Assembly (NCBI GenBank): GCA_021734905.1
Contig: JAIPIB010000001.1
Span: 71,476-135,475, forward strand
Source of the DNA: Minisyncoccota bacterium
Lineage (GTDB): Bacteria > Patescibacteriota > Minisyncoccia > Phycocordibacterales > UBA918
Reading direction: 5' to 3'
Length of the DNA stretch: 64,000 nucleotides
Below the pieces are notes generated by a model that ran no database searches, had not been told where the DNA came from, and saw only the letters and a program-made list of their open reading frames with translations. A program made the translations under genes and the position numbers. This document shows positions 21,240 through 30,491 of this stretch, in pieces; positions within the stretch are counted from its first letter, which is position 1, and each line of letters begins with the position of its first letter.

Positions 21240-21812
21240 ATGAAACCGTTTGATGAGCAAAAATTTCATACAAAGAGTCGAGTAAATATAGAAGGAGTAA
21301 TACTGAAGTCACTTGCGCTTGCAGGGCTAGTAACAATTGCTGTTATTGCACCAAATGCACTCCAGCTCCTCAAGTATCTCGACAAGGATAGGCGACGTAA
21401 AAAGAATCCAAAACATCTTATCGACGAAGCACTCGCAAGACTTGTCACAAAGAAATTTATTAGTATTTCAAAAAATGGTCAGTTATTCCTGACGAAGGAA
21501 GGGGAGAGAAAACTGCACATGATTGAACATGGTGTCTACCCACTCCCAAAGATAAAATGGGATAAGAAATGGAGGATCGTATCATTTGATGTGAGTGAAA
21601 AGAGGAGAAAAAGTCGAGATAAGCTCAGATTACTTCTTCGACAGGTCGGATTTGTTCGATTACAAGATAGCGTGTGGGTGTACCCATATGATGTTGAAGA
21701 TGTGGTTAATCTTATCAAAACAGGAAGTTTTCTTGGAAAGGAGATACTCTACATGACAGTACATACCACAGGTAAAGATGTTGAATTAAAATCACACTTC
21801 AAACTTTCTTGA
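21240..21812 (+). CDS. PaaX-like wHTH + Cas2-like domain protein
   Basis: ALARL..KKFI...LTKEG (wHTH). WDKKWRIVSFDVSE..R..RD.LR..L..VGF..LQDSVW. Confidence 0.8.
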   Translation: MKPFDEQKFHTKSRVNIEGVILKSLALAGLVTIAVIAPNALQLLKYLDKDRRRKKNPKHLIDEALARLVTKKFISISKNGQLFLTKEGERKLHMIEHGVYPLPKIKWDKKWRIVSFDVSEKRRKSRDKLRLLLRQVGFVRLQDSVWVYPYDVEDVVNLIKTGSFLGKEILYMTVHTTGKDVELKSHFKLS

Positions 21813-21813
21813 T

Positions 21814-21853
21814 ATTACTTTTATTCTCAACGGTCGGATACTGTAAAAGTAAC
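21814..21853. repeat. 40-bp imperfect palindromic site, right copy (same orientation)
   Basis: ATTACTTTTATTCTCAACGGTCGGATACTGTAAAAGTAAC, 32/40 identical to the left copy. Confidence 0.85.
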
Positions 21854-21906
21854 TGTGATTGTTTGGTAGGTGGGCAGGTTGTAGGTATTTGTGTATACTT
21901 TTTGGT

Positions 21907-22716
21907 ATGGAAATGAAAGAATATAAAGGAATATTGCATTGTCATTCAACCTATTCGTATGATGCAAAGCTCTCACTCCTTGAGCTTAAGAAGTTATTTC
22001 AGGAGAAAGGTTTGAGTTTTGTGTGCATGACCGAACATGTAGATGAACTGACACCAGAGCGATCCGAAGAATTCGTCCGTGAGTGTGAAGTACTCTCGGA
22101 TGACTCATTCCGATTCATCCCAGGCTTTGAAGTGCCTTATAAGCACGCGCATATTCTTATGATAGGTATGCGCGAATTCTTAGGGAAGTACGCGTCGACT
22201 CTTGAGGTTTTAAAAACATGGACAAGCAAGGCAGAGTTTGTTGTTCTTGCACACCCTGTCCGAAATCACTTCGAAGTTGAGGATGGACTCCTAGAACAAA
22301 TTGATGCCCTTGAAGTATGGAACCAGCAATATGAGGGAAAGCGTGTGCCACGAACTCGCTCCGTCACACTTCTTGATGGGTTGCGAAAACAAAAACCATT
22401 GCTTCTTGCAGTAGGTGGTGTTGATTTTCATCGAACAGAACATTTTGGATCACCAGTAACAACTCTCAGTGTTGAGAAACTTACAGAGGCGACAATATTA
22501 GAAAAATTGCAGACAGGAGCGTACAGTGTTTCTTCAGATAAAGCATTTTTCTACGGAACGTTACCAAATAGTGTTGGGCTACTTAGAGCTCACAGACTTG
22601 AAAGTTTAGTATCAGTCACCGTAATCGTAATGGGGAAGTTTGTTAATAAAATACTTGCGTCGCTCGGGCTCTCTCTTCCAAAATCCTTCAGAAACATCAT
22701 CCGAAAGCGACTTTGA
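21907..22716 (+). CDS. PHP-domain metallo-phosphoesterase
   Basis: LHCHSTYSYD, MTEH, AHP, GGVDFH. ATG 7 nt after TATACT. Confidence 0.85.
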   Translation: MEMKEYKGILHCHSTYSYDAKLSLLELKKLFQEKGLSFVCMTEHVDELTPERSEEFVRECEVLSDDSFRFIPGFEVPYKHAHILMIGMREFLGKYASTLEVLKTWTSKAEFVVLAHPVRNHFEVEDGLLEQIDALEVWNQQYEGKRVPRTRSVTLLDGLRKQKPLLLAVGGVDFHRTEHFGSPVTTLSVEKLTEATILEKLQTGAYSVSSDKAFFYGTLPNSVGLLRAHRLESLVSVTVIVMGKFVNKILASLGLSLPKSFRNIIRKRL

Positions 22717-22734
22717 CAGGTAAACATTTTAATT

Positions 22735-22868
22735 GTACTGCCACTGGCTCGTCAACGAGGTGGCCCTAACTACACGTCTGCCATTTTGGCAAGTTAGGCC
22801 TTCGAATAGGCCCACTGAGACCAAGTAAGATTCAATTAGCCTCGACGCGCAAGCGCGTCGAGGCTAAT
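22735..22868. ncRNA. Candidate structured RNA/palindromic element followed by a perfect hairpin
   Basis: Nested stems GCCAC/GTGGC, CTCG/CGAG, CCTAACT/AGTTAGG, TGCCA/TGGCA and GGCCT/AGGCC. A 16+16 inverted repeat lies at 22835-22868. Confidence 0.35.
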
Positions 22869-22920
22869 CTATTTAAGCTCGATATTATTTCCCCATCATA
22901 AAATAGTACGATCGATCGTA

Positions 22921-23907
22921 CTATTTTGGAGTGAGATCGCTTATCGATGTGCTTTGCATTTTGTACTTAGTTTGGAGCATTTTAAAGTGCGTGAGGATGT
23001 CTTCGAGGTTTTTGAAATTTTCTTCTTGGTCGATGCCAAAATTATGTGGGTGCCACCAGAGATGGAAGACCTGGTCGTTTTTTGCGGCATGTGACATGGC
23101 ATTTTTAATACGTCGCATACGGAGTGGCTCAAAGAGTCGAAGAGTACTATTCCATGGACGGAAAAAACGACTGGAAGGAATGTTTACTGGAAAATTCTTA
23201 ACTCTTTCAGGAAGTGAGTAGGTGTGATATCCGCTGATGTTAACGTAGTGATCGAGAAGACGAAGTGCGCGTATGAAGAGTGATTGTGAGGAATCCTTTC
23301 TAGGTTTGTAGAGAAAATGATTTTCATTGCCTCTGTATGTTTTTAGACCTTTTTCAGAACAAACTCGCAAAGCTTCTTTGTCAGTTTGATTTCTAGGGAA
23401 GACTATTGAGGTGGCATGTATGTCATACGTTTGAGCAATACGATTGAAGGCGTCGATGTCTGCCTCAAATATTTCACCGCTATTTTTATGGCCATCGATG
23501 CAGTAGTAGTGCGAGAAGGTATGATTCCCAATTTCTTGATGTGGTGTGCTTAGAATTTTCTTAACAAGACTTTCTCCAAAGTGGTACTTGTCGGCAGACT
23601 CATCAGTACCGATTGAGGATGTCTCGATGTATTGATAAGATGAAACATTCATATCTTCATACGTTGGTCGTAGTTCCTTTGGCGGAAGAAGAGAAAGGAG
23701 TTCTTCTCTGTCGCGCGCCATAAGCATTCCGACAGTTGCCCATGTTGCATGAATCCCGTATCTTTCAAAAATTTCGAGTATTCGAGGAATAGCAGTTTGC
23801 TCCCCCAAGATTCTTTCTCCGTACTCAGCCAAAGTGACTTTATCAAACATGCCCCAAAAGAGCTCAAAATCAAGTGAAACAACGAAATAGCTTTTGTGCC
23901 TTTCCAT
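22921..23907 (-). CDS. Polysaccharide deacetylase
   Basis: SLDFELFWG, ATWATVG, EIGNHTFSH, VFPRN, HLWWHPHN. Confidence 0.88.
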   Translation of the reverse strand: MERHKSYFVVSLDFELFWGMFDKVTLAEYGERILGEQTAIPRILEIFERYGIHATWATVGMLMARDREELLSLLPPKELRPTYEDMNVSSYQYIETSSIGTDESADKYHFGESLVKKILSTPHQEIGNHTFSHYYCIDGHKNSGEIFEADIDAFNRIAQTYDIHATSIVFPRNQTDKEALRVCSEKGLKTYRGNENHFLYKPRKDSSQSLFIRALRLLDHYVNISGYHTYSLPERVKNFPVNIPSSRFFRPWNSTLRLFEPLRMRRIKNAMSHAAKNDQVFHLWWHPHNFGIDQEENFKNLEDILTHFKMLQTKYKMQSTSISDLTPK

Positions 23908-24041
23908 GGTGTAACTATACGCTGCTAATCAGGGTTTTAAAAGTGAATGAGAAAACTGCTAGATCAAAGGAGAAAAACTTTAAGACTTGATAATTCTAAT
24001 TAATCCTAGATTCTATTACTGTCTTCGTGCATACTATGGCT

Positions 24042-25145
24042 ATGAAGATTCTTATTGCAACAGGCTTATATCCACCAGAAATAGGCGGACCTGCCACCTA
24101 TGCTGTCTTTCTTGAAAAGTTTCTAGGACTACATGGTGTCTCATGTAGTGTTCTTCCATATAGCGAGGTTCGTAAGTACCCAAAGGCTATTCGACATCTT
24201 GCGTATATCATTAAACTTTTGTTACGCTCGCAAGGAGTTACTCTGTTCTATGCGCTTGATACAGTAAGCGTCGGTCTTCCGGTACGTGTTGTGAGTTTTA
24301 TTACACGCAAACCTTACTTCCTTCGTGTTCCGGGTGATTATGCCTGGGAGCAAGGACAACAAAGATTTGGCATTACTGAAACATTGGACGAATTTTTACT
24401 TTCTAAAAAGAAAACATGGAAAGTCACGATGCTTTCGCGGATTCAGTATTATGTAGCATTGCATGCGACAAAAGTTGTTGTCCCGAGTGAATATATGAAA
24501 TCAGTCGTTTCACGATGGGGAATTGAACTGAAAAAAATCACAAGGGTTTATAGTGCACTCACCCTTGATCTTTCTACTGAAACAAAGACAGAGCTTCGCT
24601 CGCGTTTTGAATATGATGGATTTGTCGTTTCTACTGCTGGTCGCCTTGTACCATGGAAGGGGATGGAGGTGCTTATTGATGTTGTAGCGCAACTCTATAA
24701 ACAAGGTAAAAAAATACGTCTTGAAATAATGGGAGACGGTGAATTACGATCAGAACTCGAGAGACATGTTGAGAAAATTGGTGCCCAGGAGTATGTGCAT
24801 TTTTATGGCGTTGTCGATAAACGAGAGCTTAAAGATAGAATCAAAGCATCCGATGTCTTTGTGCTCAACACATCTTATGAGGGCCTTTCCCATCAGTTAC
24901 TTGAAGTTATGGATTGCGGTACACCAGTCATAACAACACCAGTAGGCGGAAATGCTGAGCTCATTGAAGATGGTAAAGAAGGACTTCTTGTATCATTTAA
25001 TGATAAGGAAGGAATAATTGAGGCTCTTACACGAGTAGCTACTGATGAAAGACTTCAGGAACACATTGTTGGGAATGCTCACGAAAAAGTTTCACTTTTT
25101 CGTGAGGAAGTTATTATTCCAGAGGTCGTCAAACTATTTACGTAA
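24042..25145 (+). CDS. Glycosyltransferase family 4
   Basis: YPPEIGGP, GRLVPWKG, YEGLSHQLLE. Confidence 0.9.
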   Translation: MKILIATGLYPPEIGGPATYAVFLEKFLGLHGVSCSVLPYSEVRKYPKAIRHLAYIIKLLLRSQGVTLFYALDTVSVGLPVRVVSFITRKPYFLRVPGDYAWEQGQQRFGITETLDEFLLSKKKTWKVTMLSRIQYYVALHATKVVVPSEYMKSVVSRWGIELKKITRVYSALTLDLSTETKTELRSRFEYDGFVVSTAGRLVPWKGMEVLIDVVAQLYKQGKKIRLEIMGDGELRSELERHVEKIGAQEYVHFYGVVDKRELKDRIKASDVFVLNTSYEGLSHQLLEVMDCGTPVITTPVGGNAELIEDGKEGLLVSFNDKEGIIEALTRVATDERLQEHIVGNAHEKVSLFREEVIIPEVVKLFT

Positions 25146-25148
25146 CAT

Positions 25149-26279
25149 ATGGAAATTCTTACCGTTGGGATCGCCCGGAAAATCTTAGATGTAAAAAGTC
25201 GTGAATATCGACGTATGAGGACGTATGCCAAACACTTTGAGGCATTTCACGCAATTGTTTTAACACGGAAAGAACATGGATATGGTGACGTACTTCACGA
25301 TGAGACATTGAATATTTATCCGACGAATTCATCTTCACGGATGATGATGCTTTGGGATGCGTACAGAATCGGAAAAGAAATTGCACGACAAAAGAGAAAA
25401 TCTACACTCATCATTTCGGCACAAGATCCATTGGAAATCGGATGGCTTTGTTTTTTACTCTCAAGTATCAAAAATACATGTCTTCATGTTCAGATACATG
25501 GTGATTATTTTAGCTCAAATGCATGGGCAGGAAAGTCACTATTGAGATACGCTCGTCGCTTTTTTGCGCTCGTACTCTTGAAACGCGCTGTAGCAATTCG
25601 CGTTGTGTCAGAGAGAATTAAAAAATCTTTATGTAGTAGAGGTATCAGTTCTGGTCGTATCGCGGTATTGCCCATTCGACCGGAGTTAGAATCTTTTTGT
25701 CGGGTGGTATATACAGTTAAAAAAAATCCACCTTATACATTTTTGTATATCGGTAGGCTCGTATCAGAAAAAAATATCACGCGTATTGTAAAAGCTTTTT
25801 CTAATATACATACCAAATATCCAGATACACGGCTTACTATTGTGGGCGACGGGGAGGAAAAAAAGAAAATTGAATCTTTAATTCAAAAGCTCAAGATTGG
25901 TAGTTCTGTTGATATAAGAGCTTGGACAGAAAACGTGCCAAATGAGATGGCGGATGCCGACGTTCTCCTTTTGGCTTCAAAACATGAAGCATATGCGCTA
26001 ACACTTGTTGAGGCAATGGCGACCGGACTTCCACTGGTTACGACTGATGTTGGGTGTGTTGGTGAATTGGTGAAAGACGATGAACACGGCATTGTCGTTA
26101 CAGAAGAAGGTGTCGATGCGTATTCAAAAGCGATGGAGCGCATGGTAAGTGATTATGAATTTAGAAAAGCATGTAGTGAAAATGGAAAGAAAACTATGTG
26201 TTGTAAAGCGACGAACAGCAATGACGAATATATAAGAGAGTGGGTAAGTTCGGTATCAATGGCACTTCAGCACGTATAA
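25149..26279 (+). CDS. Glycosyltransferase family 4
   Basis: GRLVSEKN, HEAYALTLVEAMA. Confidence 0.9.
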   Translation: MEILTVGIARKILDVKSREYRRMRTYAKHFEAFHAIVLTRKEHGYGDVLHDETLNIYPTNSSSRMMMLWDAYRIGKEIARQKRKSTLIISAQDPLEIGWLCFLLSSIKNTCLHVQIHGDYFSSNAWAGKSLLRYARRFFALVLLKRAVAIRVVSERIKKSLCSRGISSGRIAVLPIRPELESFCRVVYTVKKNPPYTFLYIGRLVSEKNITRIVKAFSNIHTKYPDTRLTIVGDGEEKKKIESLIQKLKIGSSVDIRAWTENVPNEMADADVLLLASKHEAYALTLVEAMATGLPLVTTDVGCVGELVKDDEHGIVVTEEGVDAYSKAMERMVSDYEFRKACSENGKKTMCCKATNSNDEYIREWVSSVSMALQHV

Positions 26280-26287
26280 TATAAAGT

Positions 26288-27685
26288 ATGGCAAAGAAGA
26301 TCTATGATTGGCTTGATCCATCAAAACAAGCCGCTGATTATTTAAACACAGTACTTGAACGGGATGATGTATTAAAAGGTGATCAGACACTTGATGATCT
26401 TCTTGAAAATGATGATGACGACAATCAGTCTTATTCCTCAGAAATTGATGTGGAAGTAGATACAAAGACCACACCAAGAAATGCACGTAATGAGCCAAAA
26501 ATCCTTTCAGATATACCAGAACGAGAACAGGCTCGTCTTCTTTTCCTGACTAAGGACACTACAATAATGCAGGAGGGAAGTCTTTCAAATCGACGGATTG
26601 CTGATCTTCGTAGTTTTTTCCTTGAAGTCCATGTCGTCGTACTTACCTTGCGAGAAGAGGAGGATGTTGCTCCCGTACGATTATTTGATAACGTGTGGTT
26701 ATATGCAACGAATTCACGTTCACCGTGGCGCATGGCATATGATGCTTATGTTGTTGTTAAAACCCAACTTATATTCGGAGGTGGATTTCGTGCCGATGTG
26801 ATTATTGCAGAGGATACGTTTGAGACAGGTCTCGTTGGATGTTTCTTTTCAAAAAAACACAAAAGACCTCTTCAGGTGCATATCAGTGAAGACTTTTTTG
26901 TTACGTCTTTTATTGAAGCACAGGAGTATCCACTTTTGTATGAATGGGCAACTAGATATGTTCTTAAGCACGCAACAAGTGTGCGCACAAAGACAGAATT
27001 TCAGCGACAAGCAGCTATTTTGGAATACCCAGATCTCACATCAGTAACTGAGATCCTCCCTAATTATTATAATTTGGAAGGATGGAAAAATTTTGTGCCA
27101 ACCGTAAATTTACGTGAGCGGTATCCTCAATTTAAATTTACATTGCTTAATATTTCATCAATGCGAAAGAGTTCTCGCGCACTTGAAGCGCTTATAGGTG
27201 CGGCAAAGATTTTGCACAGATATCCCGTCGTCGGGCTCATTATGGTAGGGAATGGTCCTATGCGCGCAGTCCTTGAGAGGTATGCAATTTCTCTTGGTGT
27301 TCAGAAACAGGTGGAGTTTGAACCACTGCCGACTGAAGTACTCTCATTCATGAGGTCTACTAATGTACTACTTCATCTTTCTGAGGACGGGGAAGACGAT
27401 GATTTTATTTTAGAGGCTGCTGTCGCAAGACTCCCTATGGTGGCAAATAAAGACGGGATCGCAGGGCAACTTTTTGTTGATGAAGAATCTGCATGTCTGT
27501 GCGCAGCTACTGATATCGAATGCATTGCCAATAGCATCAATAGATATTTAAATGAAAATCAAGATCGTGCACTGTTTACAAACAGAGCATATGACATAGT
27601 TTTCGAACGTGTTGAGCAAGACTATGGAGAATATATCAAGCAGTATGCAGAGAGCATACAACGTTGTGTCGTTAAAGAAGGTTAG
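26288..27685 (+). CDS. Divergent GT4-like protein with acidic N-terminal extension
   Basis: GT-B pattern (VGNGPMR, ILEAAVARLP). The canonical RxxxxK and EX7E motifs are altered. Confidence 0.7.
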   Translation: MAKKIYDWLDPSKQAADYLNTVLERDDVLKGDQTLDDLLENDDDDNQSYSSEIDVEVDTKTTPRNARNEPKILSDIPEREQARLLFLTKDTTIMQEGSLSNRRIADLRSFFLEVHVVVLTLREEEDVAPVRLFDNVWLYATNSRSPWRMAYDAYVVVKTQLIFGGGFRADVIIAEDTFETGLVGCFFSKKHKRPLQVHISEDFFVTSFIEAQEYPLLYEWATRYVLKHATSVRTKTEFQRQAAILEYPDLTSVTEILPNYYNLEGWKNFVPTVNLRERYPQFKFTLLNISSMRKSSRALEALIGAAKILHRYPVVGLIMVGNGPMRAVLERYAISLGVQKQVEFEPLPTEVLSFMRSTNVLLHLSEDGEDDDFILEAAVARLPMVANKDGIAGQLFVDEESACLCAATDIECIANSINRYLNENQDRALFTNRAYDIVFERVEQDYGEYIKQYAESIQRCVVKEG

Positions 27686-27729
27686 ATCTACTAAGCAATG
27701 TGGAGTACAATGCCACGTATTGCTTCCCT

Positions 27730-28764
27730 ATGAACCTACTTATTTGTACACAGACTATAGACAAAAATGACTCAATTCTGGGATTTTTTCATGGGTGGGT
27801 TCTTGAATTTGCAAAGCATTTTGATGAAGTTCATGTCATATGTCTTGGAAAAGGGGAATACAATTTTCCGCCGCATGTTCATGTGTATTCTCTTGGGAAG
27901 GAGTGTGGTGAAAATAGATTGAAATACTTTTTTCGTTTCTACTCCTACTTTTCCAAAATATTTCTTGGAGGGCATGTAGATTATGTTTTCTTTCATATGG
28001 GAGCGATTTACAATATTCTCGCAGCACCATTCTTCGTAATTCGAAAAATATTTAAGACTAAATTTTATTGGTGGAAAGCACACGGACACATTAACTGGGG
28101 AGGTAAGCTCGCTCTTCTTTTTGTTGACATTGTTTATACAGCTTCTCAGGAAAGTTTCCCTATTGATTCTAGAAAAAAGAAAGTGATTGGTCATGCGATC
28201 AACATAAATATGTTTAATGTGGTGGAACGCACTATATCTGATCCTATCGTTTTGTTTGTGAGTAGGATTACACCAATCAAACAAGCTGAATCTTTTATTG
28301 ATACGGTGCAAATACTTAAAACTCGAGGATATAAGTTTCAAGCACGCATTGTCGGGGTAGTGGGTGATCCTAAGTATATGCAATTGATGGAGGAAAAAAT
28401 TCTCAGAGCAAAACTTTCAGATACAATTCAATTTATTGGCCCAATCAAGCATGATCTACTTCTTGAAGAGTACCGCCATGCTTGCGTACTGGTCCATCCG
28501 TCCGAAACGGGTAGTATTGATAAGGTTGTCCTTGAGGCAATGGCTTCTGGAGTCCCTGTGGTGGCCCTGCAGAAAGCATATGCCGATTTACTTAAAGAGT
28601 TTGACCTTACTGTTAATTCACAAGATCCAGTGCTGTACGCAAACTTGGTAGAGAAAGTATTTTTAAATAGAGAATATTTTCAACAAATGTCGGAAAAATT
28701 GAGAAAAAAGATTATAAGCACTAATTCCCTTGAAACCCTATCTGGAAGGATTTTTGGTTTTTAA
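27730..28764 (+). CDS. Glycosyltransferase family 4
   Basis: SRITPIK, ETGSIDKVVLEAMASG. Confidence 0.88.
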   Translation: MNLLICTQTIDKNDSILGFFHGWVLEFAKHFDEVHVICLGKGEYNFPPHVHVYSLGKECGENRLKYFFRFYSYFSKIFLGGHVDYVFFHMGAIYNILAAPFFVIRKIFKTKFYWWKAHGHINWGGKLALLFVDIVYTASQESFPIDSRKKKVIGHAININMFNVVERTISDPIVLFVSRITPIKQAESFIDTVQILKTRGYKFQARIVGVVGDPKYMQLMEEKILRAKLSDTIQFIGPIKHDLLLEEYRHACVLVHPSETGSIDKVVLEAMASGVPVVALQKAYADLLKEFDLTVNSQDPVLYANLVEKVFLNREYFQQMSEKLRKKIISTNSLETLSGRIFGF

Positions 28765-28833
28765 ATACTGACGAAGGAAAGTATTTAAAAAATTAGAAAT
28801 GACAGAATAGAAATGGTGTTCTAATATAGATTT

Positions 28834-29682
28834 ATGGTCAATTTTATAGGTATTGGAGCGCAACGAACGGGGACGTCGTGGGTATATGCATGTCTTTATG
28901 AACACCCAGATATTTGTATCCCTGTTAAAGAAATTCACTTTTTTAGTCGACCACGGTATGAAAATGGAAAAGAATGGTATGAAGACCATTTTAGGAAGTG
29001 TAAAAAAGAAAGTAGGTGCGGAGAATTTTCAACTTCGTATTTGTACTCAGATGTTGCTGCTGAGCGTATTTCTAAAGATTACCCAGAAGCAAGAATAATT
29101 GTCATTGTACGAAATCCTATTACGCGTGCGCTTTCACAGTATGGAAATGCAATAAAGGGAGGCGAGATACCCGAGACTATGTCTTTTGAGGAATATTACA
29201 AATCAGAGGCAAGTGTTCTTGAACAAGGACGTTATGTAGAACAACTTGAACGGTACCTTGAGAGATTTGACCGTTCACAAATACTTGTCCTCGTGTATGA
29301 AGATAATAAGAAAGATCCACGTGCATTTATTCACAGTATATATGAATTTCTTGGTGTGCGTTCTGACTTCGTGCCAAGTATGCTTCATGACACAATCAAT
29401 GCTACTCGTATACCAAAAAATGTTGTAATAGAAAAAATGATGCATCGTTTTTCAGAATATCTGAGACGGTACGGATTTGATCGACTCGTGCATCGTATTC
29501 GGCAATTAGGAATTCCTGAATTAATACGAGCCATGAATACAAAACCAAAAAAAGATGAGAGGCCAGTATTTAATCAAGAGTATCTCATGAATTATTTTAA
29601 GAACGACGTAACAAAACTCTCTTCGTTACTTGGGCGTGACCTTAATTCTGAGTGGGGAATAAGTGACACACATACACAATAA
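28834..29682 (+). CDS. PAPS-dependent sulfotransferase
   Basis: 5'PSB GAQRTGTS, KEIHFF, 3'PB RNPITRALS. Confidence 0.9.
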   Translation: MVNFIGIGAQRTGTSWVYACLYEHPDICIPVKEIHFFSRPRYENGKEWYEDHFRKCKKESRCGEFSTSYLYSDVAAERISKDYPEARIIVIVRNPITRALSQYGNAIKGGEIPETMSFEEYYKSEASVLEQGRYVEQLERYLERFDRSQILVLVYEDNKKDPRAFIHSIYEFLGVRSDFVPSMLHDTINATRIPKNVVIEKMMHRFSEYLRRYGFDRLVHRIRQLGIPELIRAMNTKPKKDERPVFNQEYLMNYFKNDVTKLSSLLGRDLNSEWGISDTHTQ

Positions 29683-30491
29683 TGAAAAAATATCTCAGAA
29701 ACAACTTTATATCATTTGTTAGTCATGTGGGACTTTCGTATATATATCGTACCCTCAAAAAAAGGGAAGGTTCTCTTGTGCGGGTGCTTGTCTTTCATGA
29801 TGTGCAGGATGCAAGCTGGTTCGAGAATATGATGACGTCTCTGAATAAGCGATACAATCTGCTTACGCCAGATTCTTTTCTTAAAAAGCAGTATGACTCA
29901 AATCGGATAAATGTACTTATTACATTTGATGATGGGTACTTATCATGGGTAGATGTTTGCCTTCCTATCCTTAAAGAAAAGGGGATCAAAGCACTCTTCT
30001 TTATTAATTCAGGACTCATTGACGTATTTGAACATCAAGATATTCAGGAACAATATATTCGGGGAAACCTCCTTCTTTCGCCACGGAAAACACTTTCATG
30101 GGATGGTGTCAAAAAACTTCATGAAGCTGGACACATGATAGGTGGCCATACGACAACCCATCCTCGACTTTCTGAGTTACATGAAGATAGACAGAGAGAG
30201 ACTGTCGTCCAGGATAAAAAACGGATTGAGGAAATACTTAATACGTCGATACGCACTTTCGCATATCCGTTTGGTCAGAGAAATGACTATACTCCAGAAA
30301 CAGTAGGCATTGTAAAGGAGTCCGGATATACACACTCGTTTACAACTGAAGGAGTATTCGTTAATGCGTATAATCAATTTGAATTTTCAAGACTTTGCGT
30401 TGAGGACGGCCTTTCAATAGGACAATTGAAGCAATGGATTGAAGGTGGGTACGATCTCTATCACAAAATTAAAACACTATGTGTGCGATAA
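29682..30491 (+). CDS. Polysaccharide deacetylase (CE4)
   Basis: ITFDDG, GGHTTTH, FAYPFG. Confidence 0.9.
   Translation: MKKYLRNNFISFVSHVGLSYIYRTLKKREGSLVRVLVFHDVQDASWFENMMTSLNKRYNLLTPDSFLKKQYDSNRINVLITFDDGYLSWVDVCLPILKEKGIKALFFINSGLIDVFEHQDIQEQYIRGNLLLSPRKTLSWDGVKKLHEAGHMIGGHTTTHPRLSELHEDRQRETVVQDKKRIEEILNTSIRTFAYPFGQRNDYTPETVGIVKESGYTHSFTTEGVFVNAYNQFEFSRLCVEDGLSIGQLKQWIEGGYDLYHKIKTLCVR

Noticed and set aside
21240-21812. Bona fide cas2 / CRISPR-Cas locus
   Set aside because: The Cas2-like domain is fused to a PaaX-type wHTH, with no cas1, effector or array nearby.
22740-22800. Pistol or HDV-like ribozyme (minus-strand GTTAGGGCCAC)
   Set aside because: Stem order and pseudoknot partners do not match either consensus by eye. 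Kept only as an unassigned structure.
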